From IMG/VR virus record IMGVR_UViG_3300005264_000064, positions 38,938-102,937 of that record: a stretch of 64,000 bases of DNA; one strand, 5' to 3'. The translations under genes and the position numbers were made by a program. The first letter of the stretch is position 1; each line of letters begins with the position of its first letter. Below the pieces are notes generated by a model. The model made no database searches. It was not told the origin of the DNA and was given only the letters and a program-made list of their open reading frames with translations. This DNA is from a virus. This document shows, in pieces, positions 56,994-64,000 of the stretch.

Positions 56994-59522
56994 ATGGCAT
57001 ATAAGATAAGTAGTACATACGAGTACATACTAAATACAGATAGTCTAGGAAATAATATACAGCCTCCATTCCTAGCAGACGTGAAAGCTGGTGATGTGCT
57101 TATTATGATGTGGAATCAGAATGATGATGATAAAATTACTATCGACGATGGGTGGAGTGAAATACCAAATACAGACCCAAAAGATACCTCACTTGAAGTA
57201 AGAGCGTATTACCATGTAGCTACAAGTGATGGAGAGCAATGTAGTAGTTACTCAAATACTTTTGCAGGTTACTTATATATGCACACTATGTGTATCAGAG
57301 TTGATGGGGCTTGGGAATTTGTTGATAGTGGGGCAATTAAGCAAAAAAGTGCATCAAATACAAATATAGACTATCCTGCACTAGAGGCAACAGCAGCAGG
57401 ACAACTAGTATTCTATCTTGGTGGTTCAGATGCAGATAATATACAAGAGGGAGTTCATCCTGATAAAAGACAAATCAGCGGCGTATATGACGTAAATGAT
57501 AGTGTAGCTTATGAGTATGTAACTACAGGAGCTGGAACTATACCTGCATTTCAAGACCACGTAGATAGTGACCAAACAACCGCTTTAGGGTTTATAATTG
57601 GTGATGAGGGTGGATTACCACCACTTGACATACAGCCTGTAAAAGCACTTGCACCAATAACCGATATAACCCATAACACGCAATGGATGGAAGATATATA
57701 TGCAAGCGGCTATGATATAGACACTGGAGAGCCTAGAGTACCTTTAAACGTGACATTAACTGCGTATACTGGAACTACATACGTAATAAGAGTTGACCAA
57801 GCGAGTTCATTAAGTGGTTGTGTTGATGGGGATACAGTAACTTTTGGAAGTGGTAATACAGCTACTTTTAGAAGTTATAGACAATACCAATCCTCGTCGG
57901 GTGGTAAAGGCTACATAACTATAAGTGACTACACAGGAAGTGGTGAAAGCGACAATGAGACTGTTGAATGTAACGGAAATACTGCTCTATGCTACGGTAG
58001 TGGTGCAGCTTACCAAATCAATGTAACAGGGTTGATTAAGAGTTCTGAAAAATTAGCTGACTACAAGTCATACAAAGTTAATGGTTATGAGGCTATTGGA
58101 TTAACTGATGGTAGTGTTTATTGGGTGAGAGACACAAGTAACGCAGATAGTGAAAATGAAGGGTATTGGTATACTTTTACTAGTCATGCACATAAATATG
58201 AAGCAGGTACTACTGTGACACCTACTGGTGGTGGGGCAATAACAGGAACGCTTAATAATTATGGAATGTGTCATTATGAACATAATATAGATGCAGATAA
58301 TGATTATCCAGCAACTCCAAAAGAACCAAGCGGATATACAGGCTGGAAAAAAGCTTTAGTAGGTAGTGTAAAGACTTTTGATAGTCCTAAAGATATGAGG
58401 GATGAACTTATGGCAGTGTGGACTAAACCAACTGGTGTTAGTACCGCTTATATGTATGTACTAGCAATAGATACTTCTAACAGATGGAAGCTATGGAAAA
58501 TTAGAAGTAAGTATATAAGCGGTTATATAGCTACGGCGATATATCATAATCTAATTAGTATGAGTAGTGTAGATACTCCAATGTTTCAAGTACCGGGCTT
58601 TGACGCGACAGCAGTTAAGAAGTACGGAATTATGTTTAGGTTAAGTAGTGATACGCAGAGAAATGGTTGTAGTACATACGGACAATCACTAATTCAGAAG
58701 CAGACTATAACAGGCGGTGGAGAGGGTAAGCAAGTAACATTTAGCGACATAGCAACTATGCTGAGTTCAGAAGTATCAGCAGAGGGTATAGCGTACACAG
58801 AGTCCCTAACAAATAATGCAGATGCACAATTTGTATTAAGTCGAGATTTGGTATTAAGTTGTAATATACATATGGATACTCAGTCACTTATAACCCCTCT
58901 ACAAGCAGACGGTGTAAGCACTTTCTTGTCTAATGTGGACGGTGGAAAAGTAGGTATTGAGACTAATAATGCAAATGGTCAGATAACAACGTCACTAATA
59001 TCAACAAGTAAAGGTGGATATTGGAAAAGTGGAACTGGGGACTCAATAGAGTACAACGGTACTACACTAGGTAAGTTTGATGTAAGCCTAGTAAGTGGTA
59101 AAACCTACACAGGTGTAACATATACAGGGTGTAGTCAAATACTACAAAATGGGGCAACCCTAAACAACTGTAACATCAAAAATACTACAAGCTCGCAAGG
59201 GGCAATATTGCTAAATGGTACTATTACGGGTGGTTCAATTACAGATAACTTGTACGGTATAGAGATAGCAAGTGCTGGTACATATACACTTAATGATATA
59301 AGCTTTAGTAACAACACAAAAGATATAAATGTAACAGCTACAACTGGCACAGTAACGATAGTGACAAATGTGGCTGGAATTACTTGTATAACAGCTGGAG
59401 CGACAGTCGATTTACAAGCACCTGAGACGACGTATACGATGAAAGATATACCGGTAGGTGCAGAGTATAGGTTGTATGTGAAAGACCCTCTGGAGGGGGT
59501 TATAGGAACCATAGGGACGTGA
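56994..59522 (+). CDS. virion structural / tail-associated protein
   Basis: 842 aa rich in G/T/S/N, beta-helix-like C-terminus. Confidence 0.6.
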   Translation: MAYKISSTYEYILNTDSLGNNIQPPFLADVKAGDVLIMMWNQNDDDKITIDDGWSEIPNTDPKDTSLEVRAYYHVATSDGEQCSSYSNTFAGYLYMHTMCIRVDGAWEFVDSGAIKQKSASNTNIDYPALEATAAGQLVFYLGGSDADNIQEGVHPDKRQISGVYDVNDSVAYEYVTTGAGTIPAFQDHVDSDQTTALGFIIGDEGGLPPLDIQPVKALAPITDITHNTQWMEDIYASGYDIDTGEPRVPLNVTLTAYTGTTYVIRVDQASSLSGCVDGDTVTFGSGNTATFRSYRQYQSSSGGKGYITISDYTGSGESDNETVECNGNTALCYGSGAAYQINVTGLIKSSEKLADYKSYKVNGYEAIGLTDGSVYWVRDTSNADSENEGYWYTFTSHAHKYEAGTTVTPTGGGAITGTLNNYGMCHYEHNIDADNDYPATPKEPSGYTGWKKALVGSVKTFDSPKDMRDELMAVWTKPTGVSTAYMYVLAIDTSNRWKLWKIRSKYISGYIATAIYHNLISMSSVDTPMFQVPGFDATAVKKYGIMFRLSSDTQRNGCSTYGQSLIQKQTITGGGEGKQVTFSDIATMLSSEVSAEGIAYTESLTNNADAQFVLSRDLVLSCNIHMDTQSLITPLQADGVSTFLSNVDGGKVGIETNNANGQITTSLISTSKGGYWKSGTGDSIEYNGTTLGKFDVSLVSGKTYTGVTYTGCSQILQNGATLNNCNIKNTTSSQGAILLNGTITGGSITDNLYGIEIASAGTYTLNDISFSNNTKDINVTATTGTVTIVTNVAGITCITAGATVDLQAPETTYTMKDIPVGAEYRLYVKDPLEGVIGTIGT

Positions 59523-59569
59523 AAGTCAAACTAGTTAGAGACACAAATATATAATAAAAAGGAAAATAG

Positions 59570-60988
59570 ATGAGTGCAGTATTAGGGGATTATGTTCAGA
59601 GTACACAAGGTAGAGCGGGGACGCCAGATGGGAATGTATACTTCGATGTAGCAAGTGGAAAGCTGGAGTTTTTCTTCGATACAGAAGTAGCACAGGTGGA
59701 TTATGGTTCAGGGCTAGAAGCAAATAGATTAACAGCTGATAATAGACCGACGCTGGCAACGCTGTATGCATTCGAGAGAGCAAGAAGAGGGGCTGATGAA
59801 GTACTAAGACAATACGACGTGTTCTTAGAGGGTTCGTATAAGAGAGCTGGAGCGTATAACTTTGTTAATGGAAGAACATTTGCGACAGCAAATGAGTGGA
59901 AAAAGACAGATGCGTCAGGCTGGAATGAAGTTGACACAAGTGATGTGATACAGAAGATATGGTACGGAGCTATTTCGCTTGGTAACATTGAACCAACATC
60001 ACAACCATTCTACAGTTTTGCTGATGGGGTTCCTGTAGATTTTGATAGACCTGGGCCAGTTTCAGAACCAGTGCTGGTATACACAAATGGTGGAGCTGAT
60101 AACAGAGGGGTGTTCAATATTGGTGTAAGAACATTCGGGTACTCGTTCTCAAGTAAGAGTTTGCTGGATCTACCATACGATACAACAGATGCCGATATTG
60201 GTGGTTTTGCGATTACTGAGTCTGAAAAGAAATGGATTACAGACGCAGGGTACACGTTTACGAGTGTATACTCAACGCCAGTAGCACCATTTGATGGTAT
60301 GACTCTAGCTAAGCTAAGTAGCCCAGTTACTAGAAGTGGGTTTGCAGGAGCAGACAAAGCCTTTACGTATGTGGTTCTGAACACAGGTGCAGGAACAGTA
60401 CAGGAAGTAATGGCAAAGCTAGATGCATTTGCAAGTACAGATGACAACATAAACACAGGTACAGGTAACGACTCTAGTATAATACACGGGAAGCGTGAAA
60501 GTGAATGGTATAGTATAGACGCTAATGGTAGAATGGTTACGAAACAAGGGTTGTTCATAGACGGATTGCCAGCAAGTGAGAGCCAAAAGATTGTGCAAAC
60601 AAGTGATGATGGTACAGAATGTACATACGCATACTACCCAGCATGTGAGATAGCAGTTGGAACCAGTGCAAAAACTGACAGCAACGCTTGGTACCAAGTG
60701 TACTACAAAGACGGAGCAGCTGATGCGGATTTTAATAAAGCAAATGCTGTGACAGTAAAAGACAAAGATGGTGTTGACGTTAAAGGTAGTGTCGGTGGTT
60801 CAGATATATCATTCCTGTACGACTATGTAGGTAACACGCAGGCTGGGTTGCCTGGAGATACCGATAAAGTAATGGTAGTCGAAGTAGAAGGTGACGGTGG
60901 TTGTACAGCAGCTAAGACAGAGTTCGTAATGAAAAAACAAGATGTGAACAGTGTAACGTGTGCACCTAGTCCAGAGAGTAACATCTAA
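59570..60988 (+). CDS. putative virion structural protein
   Basis: 472 aa beta-rich composition; late-gene context. Confidence 0.55.
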   Translation: MSAVLGDYVQSTQGRAGTPDGNVYFDVASGKLEFFFDTEVAQVDYGSGLEANRLTADNRPTLATLYAFERARRGADEVLRQYDVFLEGSYKRAGAYNFVNGRTFATANEWKKTDASGWNEVDTSDVIQKIWYGAISLGNIEPTSQPFYSFADGVPVDFDRPGPVSEPVLVYTNGGADNRGVFNIGVRTFGYSFSSKSLLDLPYDTTDADIGGFAITESEKKWITDAGYTFTSVYSTPVAPFDGMTLAKLSSPVTRSGFAGADKAFTYVVLNTGAGTVQEVMAKLDAFASTDDNINTGTGNDSSIIHGKRESEWYSIDANGRMVTKQGLFIDGLPASESQKIVQTSDDGTECTYAYYPACEIAVGTSAKTDSNAWYQVYYKDGAADADFNKANAVTVKDKDGVDVKGSVGGSDISFLYDYVGNTQAGLPGDTDKVMVVEVEGDGGCTAAKTEFVMKKQDVNSVTCAPSPESNI

Positions 60989-61000
60989 TAAAGGCGTGAT

Positions 61001-61315
61001 ATGTTAGAACAAATAAGAGCTTCGAAAATAACAATAGATTTACCCAAGGTAGGAAGTATGCCTTGGGTTCAGATAACAGTACAGAAAGTATTGAGAGACG
61101 AAAATACTTACGAAATAAAAAATACACTAACGAGGTGGGAACAATTCAGTATGCCACTAAGTGAAGTGATGGGTAAAACATTACCAGTATCGACGGAAAG
61201 TAACGATGTCGTATCAGGGGGAGAGGTGTTCAACTCAATATATACACTAGTAATATTGGCATTGCAAGATAAGTACGGTGGAACCATCAATGATAAGCAG
61301 GACCTAATACTATGA
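61001..61315 (+). CDS. hypothetical protein
   Basis: ORF. Confidence 0.55.
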   Translation: MLEQIRASKITIDLPKVGSMPWVQITVQKVLRDENTYEIKNTLTRWEQFSMPLSEVMGKTLPVSTESNDVVSGGEVFNSIYTLVILALQDKYGGTINDKQDLIL

Positions 61316-61782
61316 TAGCATCAATAGATGGAGAAAATAGGCTCATATACTTAGATGCAAGTACAGTAAATACGTCGATACATCCGATAGACATATACAA
61401 AGAAATGAGAGCATTAAGAAGGACTGACGAGAGTCTAAGGAAGTATGAGATATTCCTGAAGGCGTATGGGAACGCCCCAAAAGGCGGGGGTAAAAGTACA
61501 GAAAGGTACGTACAAACTATAAATGGAACCACAATAGTTCCTTATGATGTAAGTCAGATGCTGACTGTGGTGGGGACAATAATAACAGATGATGGAAATG
61601 AAGGCGTGTACTGCTTTAATAGAGCAGAGCTTAGTCCAAGTGTAGAAGTGGATATAAACTACGTACCACCACAGGTAGAGGTTATAACTGTAGCCACTGG
61701 CGGAGCAATGACACAAGCGGAGCATGATAAATTGATGTCAACTAGCAGTAAAAGTGATGTATACGGTGCAGCCTTCCTATGA
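61312..61782 (+). CDS. putative virion protein
   Basis: N-terminus loosely similar to the start of 59570..60988 (R..RR.DE.LR.Y..FL). Confidence 0.55.
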   Translation: MIASIDGENRLIYLDASTVNTSIHPIDIYKEMRALRRTDESLRKYEIFLKAYGNAPKGGGKSTERYVQTINGTTIVPYDVSQMLTVVGTIITDDGNEGVYCFNRAELSPSVEVDINYVPPQVEVITVATGGAMTQAEHDKLMSTSSKSDVYGAAFL

Positions 61783-62187
61783 TTAGGTTGGTTGTCAGTA
61801 AGGGCCTTGTGACAGAGGTCGGGAGACTTGAGGACGAGCTGGAGTATATGCTGGAGTACAGACTTCCGAAGGCTTTCTATCATCAGAGTGAATGGTTCAG
61901 GGATGGTACCCGAATTAACAAACTGAAAAGAGAGATCAGGAAATTAAGGGAACTATAAGGTTCCCTCTGGTAGAATAACGGCATTAAAGAAAAAGGAGAT
62001 GCTCGTGGCACAGACTACATATAGTTCGTATAATTTTAGTAATTATAATCAGCCGCAGATGAGTACACTCAGTTTTCATGGACTGAGAAAGTAAACTTTC
62101 TTAGAGACTTCAAAAGAAATTTCTAAGAAGGTTTAACTTCTTGGGATACTGCATATAAATTCAAGAAATTAAATCATTGTTAGGCAC

Positions 62188-62264
<77 letters not shown>

Positions 62265-62269
62265 AATGT

Positions 62270-62344
62270 ACGGATGTACTTTAGTGGTAAAAGGCCAGTC
62301 TGTTAAGCTGGAAGCCGTTGGTTCGAATCCAACCGTCCGTGCCA
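62270..62344 (+). tRNA. tRNA-Asn(GTT)
   Basis: CCAGT-CTGTTAA-GCTGG; canonical T-loop; CCA. Confidence 0.9.
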
Positions 62345-62346
62345 TT

Positions 62347-62421
62347 CGTAAGGTAACTCAGGAGTAGAGTGCTAACCTGAAAAGTTAGAGGCCGTTGGTG
62401 CGAGTCCAACTCTTACGACCA
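62347..62421 (+). tRNA. tRNA-Phe(GAA)
   Basis: CTAAC-CTGAAAA-GTTAG; T-loop TGCGAGT; CCA. Confidence 0.85.
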
Positions 62422-62424
62422 TAT

Positions 62425-62498
62425 ATGGATATAGTGAAGTGACATAACACCTGTTTTGGGAACAGGAGTCGGAAATTTGATTCTTCCTATCCGTACCA
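62425..62498 (+). tRNA. tRNA-Pro(TGG)
   Basis: CCTGT-TTTGGGA-ACAGG; T-loop TTTGATT; CCA. Confidence 0.8.
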
Positions 62499-62501
62499 TA
62501 C

Positions 62502-62575
62502 TGAGGGATCGTATAATAGTAGTACACTGCACTTTGACTGCAGGAACAAAGGAGCGTTACCTTTTCCCTCAACCA
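62502..62575 (+). tRNA. tRNA-Gln(TTG)
   Basis: CTGCA-CTTTGAC-TGCAG; T-loop AGCGTTA; CCA. Confidence 0.8.
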
Positions 62576-62585
62576 TCATGCATAT

Positions 62586-62661
62586 GGTGGCTGTAGTACA
62601 ATGGCTAGTACACTCGGCTGTGGCCCGAGGTATCTGAGTTCGATTCTCAGCAGCCACACCA
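62586..62661 (+). tRNA. tRNA-His(GTG)
   Basis: CTCGG-CTGTGGC-CCGAG; G-1 present; CCA. Confidence 0.9.
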
Positions 62662-62668
62662 TTTCTGT

Positions 62669-62754
62669 AGAGCGTTAACTAGTCGGGGACTAGGCTGGCT
62701 TGCTAAGCCAAGCGTACCATAAGGTATGGGCGTCGGTAGCTCAGCGCTCTGCCA
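62669..62754 (+). tRNA. tRNA-Ser(GCT)
   Basis: TGGC-TTGCTAA-GCCA; long variable arm; G discriminator; T-loop GTCGGTA; CCA. Confidence 0.75.
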
Positions 62755-62811
62755 TCTAACTTAAACTAAACTAAAGCAACCTTTCAGTATACTGTCATCA
62801 AGGAGAATGAG

Positions 62812-63054
62812 ATGAGAGTATTAGTAGACACGACAAAACAGGAAGTGCCCGCAGTGTGCGGTACTGAAATTGTCAAAGTGAATAGCGAGGAACTGCCGAC
62901 AGTGTCATTTGAACACGAGAGGCCGGAATTGCTGAGAGCAGAGTACCTGTATAAAGAGTGTGTAGATGGCGGTATAAAGCAAGCAGCAGTAGAGGACGCG
63001 TTGGTGGCCGAGGAATTGAAGACCTTGGGTATTGAGACCGTTCATATAATATAA
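62812..63054 (+). CDS. hypothetical protein
   Basis: AAGGAG SD. Confidence 0.55.
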   Translation: MRVLVDTTKQEVPAVCGTEIVKVNSEELPTVSFEHERPELLRAEYLYKECVDGGIKQAAVEDALVAEELKTLGIETVHII

Positions 63055-63095
63055 ATAAACATATAACCAACCTGAGAGGGAGTTAAAGGAATACG

Positions 63096-63800
63096 ATGGC
63101 AGGAATAGGATTAATAAAGAGGTCAGAGACTCTGACTGTAGAAGAACTGAAAGAGAAGTTACCAAGTAAGAGACAGGTAATTAACCAGGAGACTGTTGAT
63201 TACTTAAATGAAGTAATGCAGAACCCGGACTACGACAGTAGCACATTTATGGACGCGTTGATCGATTACCAGAGTGTAATGGTCGACTGCAAGGTGAGTA
63301 TACCTGAGTATGTGAACGCTATTAAGTTCGTCGGTTATTTGGAGACTGGAGAGACGCTAATAGGGAGTTACAAGAAAGCGAGGGCACAGGATGCCTTTGT
63401 ACAGAAGCGGTGGAACGATGCCCCTGATAGTGATGGGTATAACGCGCTGTTGGCTGCTGCTAGTAGGTATAGACGAAGTAAGCTGGTGAAGCAACTGATG
63501 GTACAGAGCCTGCTGCCTGTGAGTGTACTCGCGACAGAGATGGAGAATGCTGCGTACAGTAAGGACAGGATTGCTGCTGCTAAAGAGTTGCTGACGGCGA
63601 CTAAAGGACCTGAGCAAGCGAATGTTGAATTGCAGATAGGGCCGAGTTCACAGGCGGTGGACTTGACGACGAAGTTATTTGATCAGTTGAGCAAGATTAG
63701 TGAAAAGCAACATGAGAGACTTGTGGACGGTGCAGACATCGGAGACGTACAGAAAATTGGAATTACGACTGAGTTCGTCGAGGCAGATGTCGATGAGTAG
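63096..63800 (+). CDS. N4 gp69-like protein (putative terminase small subunit)
   Basis: LTVEELKEKLP...INQETVD...YVNAIKFV...KLVKQ...DRIAAAKELL pattern, recalled from N4-like phages. Confidence 0.55.
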   Translation: MAGIGLIKRSETLTVEELKEKLPSKRQVINQETVDYLNEVMQNPDYDSSTFMDALIDYQSVMVDCKVSIPEYVNAIKFVGYLETGETLIGSYKKARAQDAFVQKRWNDAPDSDGYNALLAAASRYRRSKLVKQLMVQSLLPVSVLATEMENAAYSKDRIAAAKELLTATKGPEQANVELQIGPSSQAVDLTTKLFDQLSKISEKQHERLVDGADIGDVQKIGITTEFVEADVDE

Positions 63801-64000
63801 TAGAGAAAGAGAGCCGATATTCGGAAAGATTGAAGGTGATGAAAGTGTACCTTATGAGAACTGGAAAGAGTACGAGCAGGCTGTAGCCAAAGGTGCTGAG
63901 GAGTTACCGAAAGAGATTAAGACTAGGAAGAGACCTGACTACGAGTTTAATGTGGATAAGGCACTGGACAATATCGACCTGTTGTTTAATGGGTACACCC
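63793..64000 (+). CDS. probable terminase large subunit, N-terminus only
   Basis: Open to the window end (...LDNIDLLFNGYT); position after the gp69-like gene. Confidence 0.4.
   Translation, partial: MSSREREPIFGKIEGDESVPYENWKEYEQAVAKGAEELPKEIKTRKRPDYEFNVDKALDNIDLLFNGYT

Overview
64-kb segment of a lytic dsDNA bacteriophage genome. The host is probably a Campylobacterota bacterium (inference). Positions 1-53100 are almost all minus-strand early/replication genes: ClpP-like protease, intein-containing class II RNR, split family A DNA polymerase, SF1 helicase, Sak4-like ATPase/SSB, RNA-repair enzymes, helicase-primase, ThyX, NAMPT and a compact T7-like RNA polymerase. From about 53600 the genes switch to the plus strand: RusA, holin-like and virion proteins, 7 tRNAs and an N4-like packaging module. 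The most striking feature is a minimal retron-type reverse transcriptase (20535-21278) at the end of an E1/E2/JAB ubiquitin-like operon. It appears to serve three clear, and one degenerate, retron-like ncRNAs: two in tandem directly downstream and one or two about 7 kb away. The clear copies share a G.G branch site and an msr stem-loop but carry different msd hairpins. A second ncRNA family (three Y-RNA-like copies) precedes a TROVE-like/TerD-like gene. There is also a candidate CUU-UAG +1 frameshift joining the ATPase and SSB genes. Protein calls come from motif recognition only; no database searches were run.
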